A DNA stretch of 64,000 nucleotides from Haemophilus parainfluenzae. GTDB lineage: Bacteria > Pseudomonadota > Gammaproteobacteria > Enterobacterales > Pasteurellaceae. The notes below the pieces were generated by a model that had not been told where the DNA came from, did no database searches, and saw only the letters and a program-made list of their open reading frames with translations. The DNA is taken from NCBI GenBank assembly GCA_018382395.1, contig JAGZQB010000002.1:32200-96199 (forward strand), written 5' to 3'. The translations under genes and the position numbers were made by a program. This document shows positions 23,521 through 33,806 of this stretch, piece by piece. Numbering within the stretch: the stretch's first letter is position 1; every line of letters starts with the position of its first letter.

Positions 23521-24944
23521 TGAATTTAGGTATTATTCTCCCATTAGCTATCTATTTAGTCTTCATCTTTGGCGCGGCATTATTTGCTTATGTAAAACGC
23601 AGTAAAGGTGATTTCCTTACGGAATATTATGTAGGAAATCGCTCCATGACGGGCTTTGTCCTTGCGATGACAACGGCTTCCACTTATGCCAGTGCCAGTT
23701 CTTTTGTTGGTGGACCTGGGGCAGCTTATAAATATGGACTAGGTTGGGTATTACTCGCCATGATCCAAGTACCGGCTGTTTGGTTAGCCTTAGGTGCATT
23801 AGGTAAAAAGTTTGCACTACTCTCTCGCGAAACTAATGCGCTCACTATTAATGATTTATTTCTCTATCGTTATAAAAACAAATATCTCGTTTGGATTTCC
23901 AGTCTAGCATTGTTGCTTGCCTTTTTTGCCGCCATGGTTGTGCAATTTATTGGTGGGGCGAGATTGCTCGAAACCACGATAGGGATTCCTTATACTCACG
24001 CCTTGCTTATTTTTGCCTTAACGGTTGGTATTTATACGTTTATTGGTGGTTTCCGAGCCGTCGTGTTAACCGATACAATTCAAGGTACGGTAATGATTTT
24101 GGGCACAATCGTGCTATTAGTGGGCGTGATTTACCATCTCGGTGGCGTAGAAAGTGCGGTCAATAAATTAACTGAAATTGATCCGAGTTTAGTGAGTCCT
24201 TACGGCCCGAATGAGATGCTAGATTTTCAATTTATGGCATCATTTTGGATCCTAGTCTGTTTCGGTGTGGTTGGTTTACCACATACAGCTGTCCGTTGTA
24301 TGGCTTTCAAAGACAGTAAAGCCTTACATCGAGGCATGCTCATTGGTACGATTGTCCTTTCAGTCATTATGTTTGGTATGCACTTGGCAGGCGCTTTAGG
24401 ACGTGCCGTTGTGCCAGATTTAACGGTGTCAGATAAAGTCATTCCAACCTTAATGTTGGAAGTGCTTCCTCCTATTGTTGCAGGGATTTTCTTAGCTGCA
24501 CCGATGTCGGCGATTATGTCCACAGTTGATGCGCAACTTATTCAATCCTCCTCAATTTTTGTGAAAGACTTATATCTTGCAAGCAAACCTGAAGCAGCGA
24601 AGAATGAAAAACGAATTAGCCGTATTTCATCAGTCATCACACTTGTTTTATCGGCGTTGTTAATTCTTGCGGCACTTAATCCACCGGATATGATTATTTG
24701 GTTGAATTTGTTTGCTTTCGGAGGATTAGAAGCGGCATTTCTTTGGGTGATTGTATTAGGCATTTATTGGGATAAAGCAAATGCAACAGGGGCAATAAGC
24801 TCGATGGTGGTGGGATTAAGCAGTTTTGTATTGCTGACTCAATTTGGTATCAAACTATTTGGTTTTAATGCGATTGTGCCTGCACTTGTATTTGGTTTGA
24901 TTGCGTTCATCTTAGGCAATCAATTCGGCGCCAAAAAACAGTAA
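23520..24944 (+). CDS. panF: sodium/pantothenate symporter (SSS family)
   Basis: 474 aa, 13 TM helices, SSS-family motifs. Confidence 0.9.
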   Translation: MNLGIILPLAIYLVFIFGAALFAYVKRSKGDFLTEYYVGNRSMTGFVLAMTTASTYASASSFVGGPGAAYKYGLGWVLLAMIQVPAVWLALGALGKKFALLSRETNALTINDLFLYRYKNKYLVWISSLALLLAFFAAMVVQFIGGARLLETTIGIPYTHALLIFALTVGIYTFIGGFRAVVLTDTIQGTVMILGTIVLLVGVIYHLGGVESAVNKLTEIDPSLVSPYGPNEMLDFQFMASFWILVCFGVVGLPHTAVRCMAFKDSKALHRGMLIGTIVLSVIMFGMHLAGALGRAVVPDLTVSDKVIPTLMLEVLPPIVAGIFLAAPMSAIMSTVDAQLIQSSSIFVKDLYLASKPEAAKNEKRISRISSVITLVLSALLILAALNPPDMIIWLNLFAFGGLEAAFLWVIVLGIYWDKANATGAISSMVVGLSSFVLLTQFGIKLFGFNAIVPALVFGLIAFILGNQFGAKKQ

Positions 24945-24960
24945 AAATGGACCGCACTTT

Positions 24961-25836
24961 ATGATTTACCAGATCCTGGCATTGTTTATTTGGAGTAGTG
25001 CCTTTGTTGCTGCGAAATACACCTTTACAATGATGGACACCATTTTGATGATCCAAGTCCGTTTATTAATGGCGGCAATTATTGTGATGCCACTCTTTTT
25101 TCGACGTTGGAAAGGTGTATCCAAACCGATGCGAAAACAGCTTTGGTGGCTAGGTTTTTTCAACTATACTGCGACCTTTTTGCTGCAATTTATTGGTTTA
25201 AAATATACGAGTGCGGCGAGCGCAACAACCATGATTGGATTAGAGCCGTTATGTGTGATTTTTATAGGGCATTTTTTCTTTCAAGATCGTGCGAAATGGT
25301 ATCATTGGGTATGTGGGGCTTTTGCCTTTTTAGGCGTGGCCATTTTAATTCTAGGTGGGCAGGGCAATGAAGGCTCAAGTGAAGTTAGTTTATTGGGTTG
25401 CTCCTTAGTAGTGGCGGCAAGTATTGTGTTTGCTTGTTGCTTGCGTTGGACGAAAAAAGTGGTGGCAACGGTTTCAGCACAAGCCTATACATCAATTTCG
25501 ATTGTGTTAGCAACCATCACCATGCTGCCATTTACTTTATTGATGACTGAAAACTGGGATATCCATTTTAACTGGCTTGGTTTCTTCGGTTTGATTTATC
25601 TTGGTGTAGCATGTAGTTGGTTTGCCTTTTGGTTGTGGAATAAAGGCTTAAATTCAGTGGATGCAAAAATCTCGGGAATTTTGACCGCACTTGAACCGAT
25701 TTTTGGTGTCTTTTTAGCGGTATTATTACTTAACGAAGAAGTTTCACTTGTTTCAGCGCTTGGGATTATCATTATTGTAGCTTCAGCCCTAGGCGTAAGT
25801 TTATTACCGAAATGGTTACATAAAGAAATTAATTAA
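24961..25836 (+). CDS. EamA/DMT-superfamily transporter
   Basis: Two EamA repeats, 10 TM helices, 291 aa. Confidence 0.75.
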   Translation: MIYQILALFIWSSAFVAAKYTFTMMDTILMIQVRLLMAAIIVMPLFFRRWKGVSKPMRKQLWWLGFFNYTATFLLQFIGLKYTSAASATTMIGLEPLCVIFIGHFFFQDRAKWYHWVCGAFAFLGVAILILGGQGNEGSSEVSLLGCSLVVAASIVFACCLRWTKKVVATVSAQAYTSISIVLATITMLPFTLLMTENWDIHFNWLGFFGLIYLGVACSWFAFWLWNKGLNSVDAKISGILTALEPIFGVFLAVLLLNEEVSLVSALGIIIIVASALGVSLLPKWLHKEIN

Positions 25837-25848
25837 AAGGAAAAGAAG

Positions 25849-26736
25849 ATGGCGTGGATTCAAATTCGCTTAAATAGTACAAATGAAAAAGCCGAGAAAA
25901 TTAGCGACTTTTTAGAAGAAATTGGCTCAGTTTCGGTCACATTTATGGATAGCCAAGATACGCCGATTTTTGAACCACTTCCAGGCGAAACGCGTTTGTG
26001 GGGAAATACAGATGTGATTGCATTGTTTGATGCAGAAACCGATATGAATGAAATTGTGAGTTTGCTTAAACAAGCCCATCATTTAGATGAAAACACCGCT
26101 TACAAAATCGAGCAAATCGAGGATAAAGACTGGGAACGTGAATGGATGGATAACTTCCACCCAATGCAATTTGGTCAACGTTTATGGATTTGCCCAAGCT
26201 GGCGCGAAGTGCCGGATCAAAATGCGGTGAATGTGATGCTTGATCCAGGTTTAGCTTTTGGGACAGGTACCCACCCGACAACCGCACTTTGTTTAGAGTG
26301 GTTAGATGGTTTGGATTTAACTGGGAAAACCGTCATCGATTTTGGCTGTGGATCAGGAATTCTTGCTATAGCAGCCCTTAAGTTAGGTGCAAAAAATGCG
26401 ATCGGTATTGATATCGATCCACAAGCGATTCTCGCCAGTCGAAATAATGCGGAACAGAATGGGGTGGCAGATCGTCTTCAGCTTTTCTTATCCGATGATA
26501 AACCCGCAGATTTAAAAGCGGATGTCGTTGTAGCGAATATTCTTGCGGGTCCATTAAAAGAACTTTACCCGATTATTTCTCAATTAGTGAAAGAGGGTGG
26601 CGATCTTGGATTATCGGGTATTTTAGAAATCCAAGCGCAATCGGTATGCGATGCTTATGCGCAATCCTTTGATTTAGATCCTGTGGCGGTGAAAGAGGAA
26701 TGGTGCCGTATTACAGGTAAATTAAAATCGGCTTAA
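25849..26736 (+). CDS. prmA: ribosomal protein L11 methyltransferase
   Basis: [16 protein letters not shown].. and SAM motif [13 protein letters not shown]. Confidence 0.9.
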   Translation: MAWIQIRLNSTNEKAEKISDFLEEIGSVSVTFMDSQDTPIFEPLPGETRLWGNTDVIALFDAETDMNEIVSLLKQAHHLDENTAYKIEQIEDKDWEREWMDNFHPMQFGQRLWICPSWREVPDQNAVNVMLDPGLAFGTGTHPTTALCLEWLDGLDLTGKTVIDFGCGSGILAIAALKLGAKNAIGIDIDPQAILASRNNAEQNGVADRLQLFLSDDKPADLKADVVVANILAGPLKELYPIISQLVKEGGDLGLSGILEIQAQSVCDAYAQSFDLDPVAVKEEWCRITGKLKSA

Positions 26737-26784
26737 TTTCTTTTTGTCAATTAAAAAAAGTGCATTTTTTGAACAAAATTCCCT

Positions 26785-26820
26785 TTGCAAAAAAAAGAAA
26801 AATGCGTAATATAGCACCCC
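26785..26820 (+). promoter_or_regulatory. putative sigma70 promoter of the dusB-fis operon with a GC-rich discriminator (growth-rate/stringent type)
   Basis: TTGCAA (26785-26790), 16-bp spacer, TAATAT (26807-26812), then AGCACCCC. Confidence 0.45.
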
Positions 26821-26884
26821 TTGTCGGTGACTGCTGTTGCCTGACTTGCTAGAGATTAGGACTTGTAATTGGGGATAACATAAA

Positions 26885-27865
26885 ATGCGAATTGGTTCTT
26901 ATGAATTAAAAAATCGTATTTTATTGGCACCCATGGCGGGTATCACGGATCAACCTTTTCGACGTTTATGTGCCCATTACGGTGCGGGATTAACGTTTTC
27001 AGAGATGATGTCCACTAATCCACAAGTTTGGCATACAGAGAAATCGAAACTTCGTTTAGCACATAGTGAAGAGCTAGGATTAAATGCGGTGCAAATCGCA
27101 GGTTCTGATCCTTTAGAAATGGCCCAAGCTGCAGCAATTAATGTAGCCTATGGCGCTGAAATTATCGACATCAATATGGGGTGTCCCGCAAAGAAAGTGA
27201 ACCGAAAACTGGCGGGCTCTGTACTGCTTCAATTTCCCGATTTAGTGGAGAAAATTTTAAAAGAAGTCGTGAATGCCGTTGATGTGCCTGTGACGTTAAA
27301 AATTCGCACAGGTTGGGATAAGGCAAACCGAAACTGTGTGCAAATCGGCAAAATTGCAGAACAATCTGGTATTCAGGCTTTAACCATTCACGGGCGGACG
27401 AAAGAATGCTTATTTGAAGGTGAAGCGGAATACGATAATATTCGAGCAGTGAAACAATCAATTTCAATTCCAGTTATTGCGAATGGTGATATTGATTCTG
27501 CCTCGAAAGCGAAAAAGGTACTTGAGTATACAGGTGCCGATGCAATAATGATCGGTCGTGCTGCACTAGGCAATCCATGGCTTTTTCAAGCCGTCGAGGC
27601 TTTAGTTGAACATGATACGATAATTCAAACTCCAAGTTTGCGTGAAAAGTGCGGTCATATTTTGCATCATATTCAGGAACTCCATCAGTTCTATGGTGAG
27701 CAAAAAGGCTATCGAATAGCCCGCAAACATGTAGCTTGGTATTTACAGGGAATTCAACCCGATTCCGTTTTTAGACAGACTTTTAACGCAATTAATGAAC
27801 CGAAAGAGCAGTTAATTGTGCTGGAAGATTTTTTAAATTCAATTTTGGATAAAGAAAAATGTTAG
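26885..27865 (+). CDS. dusB: tRNA-dihydrouridine synthase B
   Basis: TIM-barrel FMN motifs; ..[16 protein letters not shown]..; overlaps the fis start. Confidence 0.9.
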   Translation: MRIGSYELKNRILLAPMAGITDQPFRRLCAHYGAGLTFSEMMSTNPQVWHTEKSKLRLAHSEELGLNAVQIAGSDPLEMAQAAAINVAYGAEIIDINMGCPAKKVNRKLAGSVLLQFPDLVEKILKEVVNAVDVPVTLKIRTGWDKANRNCVQIGKIAEQSGIQALTIHGRTKECLFEGEAEYDNIRAVKQSISIPVIANGDIDSASKAKKVLEYTGADAIMIGRAALGNPWLFQAVEALVEHDTIIQTPSLREKCGHILHHIQELHQFYGEQKGYRIARKHVAWYLQGIQPDSVFRQTFNAINEPKEQLIVLEDFLNSILDKEKC

Positions 27866-28158
27866 AACAACAACGTAGTCCGTCTGAAGCGTTAACCGTT
27901 TCAGTTTTAAACTCTCAATCACAAGTAACAAACAAACCATTACGTGATTCAGTAAAACAAGCTTTACGCAATTACTTATCACAATTAGATGGTCAAGATG
28001 TGAATGATCTTTACGAATTAGTATTAGCGGAAGTTGAACACCCGATGTTAGATATGATTATGCAATACACCCGCGGTAACCAAACCCGCGCAGCTAATAT
28101 GCTCGGTATCAACCGTGGTACATTGCGTAAGAAATTGAAAAAATACGGTATGGGCTAA
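27859..28158 (+). CDS. fis: DNA-binding protein Fis
   Basis: 99 aa, C-terminal HTH ..[25 protein letters not shown]. Confidence 0.95.
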   Translation: MLEQQRSPSEALTVSVLNSQSQVTNKPLRDSVKQALRNYLSQLDGQDVNDLYELVLAEVEHPMLDMIMQYTRGNQTRAANMLGINRGTLRKKLKKYGMG

Positions 28159-28204
28159 TTAAAATTAGCAAAAAGAAAGGCGAACATCATGTTCGCCTTT
28201 TTAT

Positions 28205-29005
28205 TTATTGAATGGTGAAACTAATTGGTACGCTTACTGAAGACGCAAATCCAGCAGGTTTTGGACCGACAGGTCTCGCACTTCTCACCGCTTCCAGTGC
28301 TGCGTTGTCTAAGCTTTCATCTCCAGAGGAATTCGTTACTCGTTCTCCTGATAAGGAGCCATCTGCCCCTACGCTAAAACTCACGCTCACAACACCTTGT
28401 TTACGCATCATCTTCGCACGAGCAGGATAGCGTTTGTGCCGTTCAATTTCACGTCGAATAGCCGCACGATAAGCATTTAGTTCATCCGTATTGGTACCTG
28501 AGCCACCTTGAACGCCATTTGTACCAGGTTGACCTGTGGTCGTTGCTTTAGAATTTGCCGTAGCCGTTGAATTAATATTCTTATCGCCAATCGGTAAGCT
28601 CTTCGGCATTTCTACCGCTTTCTCTGCTTTTACCTCATTTTTAGGTTTTTCCTTTGGCTTCTCTTTCGGTTTTGGTTTCGGTTTTTCTATTGGTTTTTCT
28701 GGCTTTTTCTCAGGTTCTTTTTTCTTCTCGGGTTCTGGTTTTTTCGTTGGATCCGCAACGACTTCCTGTTTTTCAGGTTCCGGTTCTGCCTGTTGAGGTT
28801 CAGGTTCCGGCTCTGGAGCCTGTTCTTCTACTCGCATTCCTTGAATCATTTCCATCGAAATCATTGTAGATATTTCACCTGTAGCATTACTTGCGGCTTC
28901 ACTTGGCTTATGCCAGTTCCAAAGCAATGCGCCTACAATGGCACCATGAATTAATAGAGAAATAAGCAAGCCTAATAGTGATCGTTTAGCTTGTTGGCTG
29001 TTCAT
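28205..29005 (-). CDS. tonB: energy transducer TonB
   Basis: N-terminal TM helix, (EP)n/(KP)n proline-rich spacer, C-terminal TonB domain; follows exbB-exbD. Confidence 0.9.
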   Translation of the reverse strand: MNSQQAKRSLLGLLISLLIHGAIVGALLWNWHKPSEAASNATGEISTMISMEMIQGMRVEEQAPEPEPEPQQAEPEPEKQEVVADPTKKPEPEKKKEPEKKPEKPIEKPKPKPKEKPKEKPKNEVKAEKAVEMPKSLPIGDKNINSTATANSKATTTGQPGTNGVQGGSGTNTDELNAYRAAIRREIERHKRYPARAKMMRKQGVVSVSFSVGADGSLSGERVTNSSGDESLDNAALEAVRSARPVGPKPAGFASSVSVPISFTIQ

Positions 29006-29439
29006 TGTTTATGCCCTACTCCGACGCCTCCCACTGCTGGCGAATTTTTGCTCGAAGCGCCTTTATCTTTCATCGAAACAATCGCGACATTTTTAATTTC
29101 GTTTTTCGATAACATGTCAGTAATCGTCACAAAATCTTGGAAAGAGGCTTCTGCATCAATTTTTAATGTCACTTTCTGATCTTTATTCCAACCTGCGATC
29201 TCTTTTTCAAGCGCTTCTTGCGAGATAGGTTTGTCATTAAAATAAAGTTGTTTATCTGCCGTTACAGTCAATAATTTGGCTAATTCATCTGATTTGAATG
29301 CAACCGTTGAACTGGCTTTTGGCACATTGACTTGAATTTTTCCTTGAGAAATAAAGGATGCGGTGATCAACACTATCGCTAATAGCACCAACATAATGTC
29401 GATGAAAGGAATAATATTGATTTCATCAAATTTTTTCAC
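29002..29439 (-). CDS. exbD: biopolymer transport protein ExbD
   Basis: 145 aa, single TM helix, ExbD/TolR fold. Confidence 0.9.
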   Translation of the reverse strand: MKKFDEINIIPFIDIMLVLLAIVLITASFISQGKIQVNVPKASSTVAFKSDELAKLLTVTADKQLYFNDKPISQEALEKEIAGWNKDQKVTLKIDAEASFQDFVTITDMLSKNEIKNVAIVSMKDKGASSKNSPAVGGVGVGHKQ

Positions 29440-29441
29440 GA

Positions 29442-29894
29442 TTATTCCTTATCTTTTTGAGCGTTTAATACTTTCCATTTCAATAAGTTAACTTCTACTT
29501 TACGACCTAAGCCGTTATAGAACATCATAGATGGAATTGCGACTAAAATACCTAGTGCGGTTGCTTTTAATGCAAGAGAGAGGTGCATCATGATTGCGCC
29601 AGCATCGACATCACCGCCAGCTTGACCAATTTGATAGAAGGTTAACAAAATACCAATTACTGTTCCTAACAAGCCCACATAAGGTGCGTTTGCACCAACT
29701 GTTGAAATGATCGTCATATTGCGATTTAAATCAATTTCAAGCGAATGGATATTGGTATATTTAGCCACATTGATACGGCTTAAAAAGATAAAGCGCTCAA
29801 TTACAGTAGCAAGCATAATTACGCTCATAAGAAGTAAAAGCCCGATAATAATGTAATCACTATATTGTTCTAAAAACTCAAAAAGTTTTGGCAT
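29442..29894 (-). CDS. exbB: biopolymer transport protein ExbB
   Basis: 150 aa, MotA/TolQ/ExbB family with three TM helices. Confidence 0.9.
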   Translation of the reverse strand: MPKLFEFLEQYSDYIIIGLLLLMSVIMLATVIERFIFLSRINVAKYTNIHSLEIDLNRNMTIISTVGANAPYVGLLGTVIGILLTFYQIGQAGGDVDAGAIMMHLSLALKATALGILVAIPSMMFYNGLGRKVEVNLLKWKVLNAQKDKE

Positions 29895-30020
29895 CTGATA
29901 GTCCTTTTATGTGTAATAAAGAATACAAAATGAATTGATAATGAATTTCAATTAGATTGGTGATTCTATCAAATGGAAAATAGAGCGTAAATATAAATTA
30001 GAAAAATGGCTATTTTTTTT

Positions 30021-30056
30021 GACCGCACTTTGAGGTAAATCATAGAAAGTGCGGTT
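30021..30056. repeat. USS inverted pair
   Basis: gaccgcactttgaggtaaatcatagaaagtgcggtt. Confidence 0.6.
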
Positions 30057-30071
30057 GTTTTGAGAGGGGAT

Positions 30072-30539
30072 TTAAAGGGATTGCAGGTAATCTAAGACAA
30101 CCTGATGATGTTCGCCTGTTTTGAATTTATCAAAAACGTGTTGAATTTTGCCTTGTTCATCAATGAGGAAGCTAATACGGTGAATGCCGTCATAGGTGCG
30201 TCCCATAAATTTCTTTTCTCCCCATACACCAAATTGCTCGGCAACCTGGTGATCTTCATCAGAAAGCAAGGTGAAATTGAGTGACTTTTTCTCAACAAAT
30301 TGAGCCAGTTTTTTGGGCGCATCTGTGCTGATGCCTAAAATAACCACACCTAATTTTTCTAACTCACTTTTAGCATCACGTAAACCGCAGGCTTGAGTTG
30401 TACAGCCTGGTGTTAAGGCTTTGGGATAAAAATACACAAGTACTTTTTTGCCTTTAAAGTCGCTAAGCGAAATTGGCTGATTGTCTTGATTTAAAAGGGT
30501 GAATTGCGGTGCTAAGTCACCCGCTTGTAATGTTTTCAT
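30072..30539 (-). CDS. bcp: thiol peroxidase Bcp (peroxiredoxin Q)
   Basis: FYPKALTPGCTTQAC peroxidatic-Cys motif. Confidence 0.9.
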   Translation of the reverse strand: MKTLQAGDLAPQFTLLNQDNQPISLSDFKGKKVLVYFYPKALTPGCTTQACGLRDAKSELEKLGVVILGISTDAPKKLAQFVEKKSLNFTLLSDEDHQVAEQFGVWGEKKFMGRTYDGIHRISFLIDEQGKIQHVFDKFKTGEHHQVVLDYLQSL

Positions 30540-30656
30540 AAAAAATCCTTAAAAATGTAAAAAATGATTTGTAAATTCAAGCTATTTTAGCGATTATAAC
30601 CAGATATTTTCAAATGTTATTGTTAAAACGCAAAATAGATGTAAATGGAGTGCCTT

Positions 30657-31553
30657 ATGACTACGCAAACCCCCTTATTTTCAGGCAGTATTGTTGCTTT
30701 AGTAACCCCGATGGATAACCACGGAAACATTGATTTTGAAACATTAGAAAAACTTATTGAGTTTCATATCAATGCGGGTACAGATTCGATTGTATCTGTG
30801 GGTACAACGGGAGAGTCCGCCACATTAAGTATTGAAGAAAATGTGAAAGTGATTGAAAAGACGGTTGAGTTAGCAAAAGGACGTATTCCAATCATTGCTG
30901 GCACCGGTGCTAATGCAACGAGTGAAGCCATTGTGATGACAAAATTATTACGTGATAGCGGTGTTGCAGGTTGTTTATCTGTTGTTCCTTACTACAATAA
31001 ACCAACTCAAGAAGGCATGTTCCAACATTTTAAAGCGATTGCAGAATGCACGGATTTACCACAACTTCTTTATAACGTTCCAGGTCGTACCGGTAGTGAT
31101 ATGAAACCTGAAACCGTCGCACGTTTGTCTCAAATTGAGAATATTGTAGGGATTAAAGAAGCAACAGGCGATTTAACTCGCATTACTGCGATTAAAGAAT
31201 TAACCGGTAAAGATTTCATTGTATTAAGTGGAGATGATGCCACAGGGTTAGAAGCGATGAAATTAGGCGCAGAGGGTGTTATTTCTGTGACAAATAACCT
31301 TGCTGCAAAAGATATGGCCGCGATGTGTCGCCATGCTTTAGCAGGCGATTTTGCGAAAGCGGAAGAAATTAATGCACGTTTAATGCCTTTACATCAAGAT
31401 TTATTTATTGAATCAAACCCAATTCCAGTTAAATGGGCAGCATATCGTTTAGGTTTAATTAAGACTCCACATTTACGTTTACCACTTACTGTGTTAAGCG
31501 AAAGCGCGCAAGTAAAAGTGGAAGAAGCATTAAAAATTGCTGGCTTAATTTAA
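30657..31553 (+). CDS. dapA: 4-hydroxy-tetrahydrodipicolinate synthase
   Basis: [19 protein letters not shown].. and TIM-barrel Schiff-base lysine region; dapA-bamC synteny. Confidence 0.9.
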   Translation: MTTQTPLFSGSIVALVTPMDNHGNIDFETLEKLIEFHINAGTDSIVSVGTTGESATLSIEENVKVIEKTVELAKGRIPIIAGTGANATSEAIVMTKLLRDSGVAGCLSVVPYYNKPTQEGMFQHFKAIAECTDLPQLLYNVPGRTGSDMKPETVARLSQIENIVGIKEATGDLTRITAIKELTGKDFIVLSGDDATGLEAMKLGAEGVISVTNNLAAKDMAAMCRHALAGDFAKAEEINARLMPLHQDLFIESNPIPVKWAAYRLGLIKTPHLRLPLTVLSESAQVKVEEALKIAGLI

Positions 31554-31653
31554 TGAATTAAAGGGTTGTTTTTACAGCCCTTTAAACTTTCGACTTTTTT
31601 ATTTGTCAAAGAGCGGTCATTATTTTAATTATTTTTATTGAAGGATTTAAGGA

Positions 31654-32655
31654 ATGAAAAAAATCGTACTGAGTTTAGTCGCAGCAGCATTGTTATCGGC
31701 GTGTTCAAACAGCGTAGAAAAAATGCAGACGGCTAATGACACTTACCAAAATTCTGATCGTGAAATACCGAGCTTTTCTCCTTTAGCAAGTGGTGGTGTA
31801 ACATTGCCGCAAGCCGATCCGACTTATGAACTTCCTCAGCTTAATGCGAAAAAAGAACGCGTGGATATTCGTCCGCCTTCAACCCCATTAGCGATTATCA
31901 AAAATTCTTTGACACAATTTGATGGCGAACGTGCATTGATTGTTTATACGGATGCGCAAGCAGAGCTTTATAATCTCAAACAAATTGAGCGTTTATTAAA
32001 AGAAGAAGGCACGAATTCAACTTTAAATGGTGCAGTATTAATTAGCGATTGGGCGCCAACAGGTCGTGCAGATGATAAAGCCAATACAGAGATCCGTTAT
32101 AAAATTGAACAAGTTACGGCGCAAGATGCAAGTGCGTTAGCGGTTTCTGTAGAGCAAATGCGTCGTGATGGTGTGATTTACACACCAAATCAAGCAGATA
32201 AACAACGCTATGCATCGGATCGTTTAAATCGTTTTGTTGCTGCGCTTACTAATGCTTATAACAAGCAACAACAAGATTTAAATAATGCTTCTGCAGGACC
32301 TTTCCAATCAGGTTTAATTACTGATACGAATGGTAGAATGGCATTAGGTATGGATGCAAGCTTTGGTCAAGCATGGCAACGTTTAGGTTCGACTTTACCT
32401 AAATTAGGCTTTAAATCTACATCGGAATCGGCAGGCCGTGGCTATCGCGAGTTAAAATATAAACCATTGGATAAACAAGAGTGGCTACGTTTAGGTGTGA
32501 ATCCGCCTAATCTAGAAAAAGGTGTTTACCAAATGCAAATCTCCGCAGTGGGTAAACAAAGTGCGGTCGTCATCACTGATGAAGATGGTAAGGCATTGCC
32601 AAATGAAGCGGCTCAATCCCTCTATTCCGCGCTAGGTGTGTTACTTGCGCAATAA
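31654..32655 (+). CDS. bamC: outer membrane protein assembly factor BamC (NlpB)
   Basis: Lipoprotein signal ..LLSAC; immediately downstream of dapA as in E. coli. Confidence 0.8.
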   Translation: MKKIVLSLVAAALLSACSNSVEKMQTANDTYQNSDREIPSFSPLASGGVTLPQADPTYELPQLNAKKERVDIRPPSTPLAIIKNSLTQFDGERALIVYTDAQAELYNLKQIERLLKEEGTNSTLNGAVLISDWAPTGRADDKANTEIRYKIEQVTAQDASALAVSVEQMRRDGVIYTPNQADKQRYASDRLNRFVAALTNAYNKQQQDLNNASAGPFQSGLITDTNGRMALGMDASFGQAWQRLGSTLPKLGFKSTSESAGRGYRELKYKPLDKQEWLRLGVNPPNLEKGVYQMQISAVGKQSAVVITDEDGKALPNEAAQSLYSALGVLLAQ

Positions 32656-32673
32656 TATAATAAGTTGATAAAT

Positions 32674-32707
32674 AAAAAGTGCGGTTTAATTTGACCGCAC
32701 TTTTTTA
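32674..32707. terminator. bidirectional USS-pair terminator
   Basis: aaaaagtgcggtttaatttgaccgcacttttttatt. Confidence 0.7.
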
Positions 32708-32719
32708 TTGGAAACAGAT

Positions 32720-33016
32720 TTATTCGGCTTTCACGCCTAAGTTACCCATTTTTACGCCGAGGTTACCGAGTGAAACTGGGTCCAAATAATCCCCTAAGAA
32801 TTTGAATAACTCGCTTAATTCTGTAAATGAGCGTTTGATTTTTACTTGATCTTCTACTTTACGCACAAATTCATAACGCACATTTTCGCCTTCAAAATAA
32901 GCCGTGAGCGTGAGATAAATGGTTTCAAAAAAGTGGCTTTGAGCCCCTTCTTCACCTGGATCGCTGATACGGACATTCCAAGTATTGTTAAATAAAACTT
33001 CTGTTTTGATTGACAT
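32720..33016 (-). CDS. hypothetical 98-aa protein with a C-terminal tandem GNLGVK duplication
   Basis: ORF with plausible spacing to arfA. No recognised domain. 18-bp direct repeat at the 3' end (ggtaacctcggcgtaaaa / ggtaacttaggcgtgaaa). Confidence 0.45.
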   Translation of the reverse strand: MSIKTEVLFNNTWNVRISDPGEEGAQSHFFETIYLTLTAYFEGENVRYEFVRKVEDQVKIKRSFTELSELFKFLGDYLDPVSLGNLGVKMGNLGVKAE

Positions 33017-33041
33017 ATAGACTTCCTCTGTTTGTTATTTT

Positions 33042-33296
33042 TTATACTGAAATTGAAACGAAAAACCCGATGATAAAATTTCTGAAATCAAAAACTTTAT
33101 CATCGGGCTTTTCAAACCAATTGCTCGCATATTTTGCTTTTCGTTGGTAACTGCCTTTGCCTTTACGTTTTTTCTCAACGCGTTGGCGGAATAATTTGTC
33201 GTGTAATAGTGCCATCACAGCATTATCTTTCACGACTCCTTTGGAGTGTTGATAAATGGGCTGATTCTCAACCGCACTTTTTGTTTTTTTCGTCAT
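33042..33296 (-). CDS. arfA: alternative ribosome-rescue factor A
   Basis: ..[42 protein letters not shown].. aligns with E. coli ArfA ([42 protein letters not shown]). A hairpin lies inside the 3' end. Confidence 0.8.
   Translation of the reverse strand: MTKKTKSAVENQPIYQHSKGVVKDNAVMALLHDKLFRQRVEKKRKGKGSYQRKAKYASNWFEKPDDKVFDFRNFIIGFFVSISV
33066..33117 (-). promoter_or_regulatory. intragenic stem-loop in the arfA 3' coding region (predicted RNase III site / terminator giving a non-stop mRNA)
   Basis: cccgatgataaa ..28 nt.. tttatcatcggg: perfect 12-bp inverted repeat. Confidence 0.65.
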
Positions 33297-33361
33297 ATTT
33301 ACCTCTAAAAAATTGCCGTGAAGTGGTTCACGGCAAGCCATTATAGCGAAAATGAATAGAA

Positions 33362-33712
33362 TTACAAAATGGTGAGTACGCTTTCAGGCGGTCGTCCAAT
33401 TTTAGCTTTTTCACCTTTTACCACAATCGGGCGTTCTAATAGGGCTGAATTTTCACTGATGGCTTTTAATAAATCATCATTTGTTAATGCTGGATTATCC
33501 AACCCTAATGATTGATAAAGCTCATCTTTGGTACGCATCATTTTTCTGACATCATCTAATCCTAATTTATTAGCCAGTTGCTGTAGCACTTCAATCGAGT
33601 AGTGTTGTTGTAAATAAAGTTCGATAGTTGGTTGAATACCTTTTTCTTCTAATAAAGCTAAGGTTTCACGGCTTTTTGAACAGCGGGGATTATGATAAAT
33701 CTTAACAGACAT
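33362..33712 (-). CDS. ArsC/Spx-family thioredoxin-fold protein (arsenate reductase-like / YffB-like)
   Basis: [28 protein letters not shown]-terminal CxxS/arsC-type motif; 116 aa. Confidence 0.8.
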   Translation of the reverse strand: MSVKIYHNPRCSKSRETLALLEEKGIQPTIELYLQQHYSIEVLQQLANKLGLDDVRKMMRTKDELYQSLGLDNPALTNDDLLKAISENSALLERPIVVKGEKAKIGRPPESVLTIL

Positions 33713-33806
33713 AACGTTTCCTTCTATTTTATGTTGAATGAGTGGATATAGGATTGATTTAAATTTTAACTTATAATGACAAAAAATACTTGTTTAGGAA
33801 GACTTT

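Noticed and set aside
28560-28800. Repetitive DNA encoding (EP)n/(KP)n in tonB, considered as a tandem-repeat element
   Set aside because: It is the intrinsic proline-rich spacer of TonB, present in all TonB proteins, and not a mobile or variable repeat.
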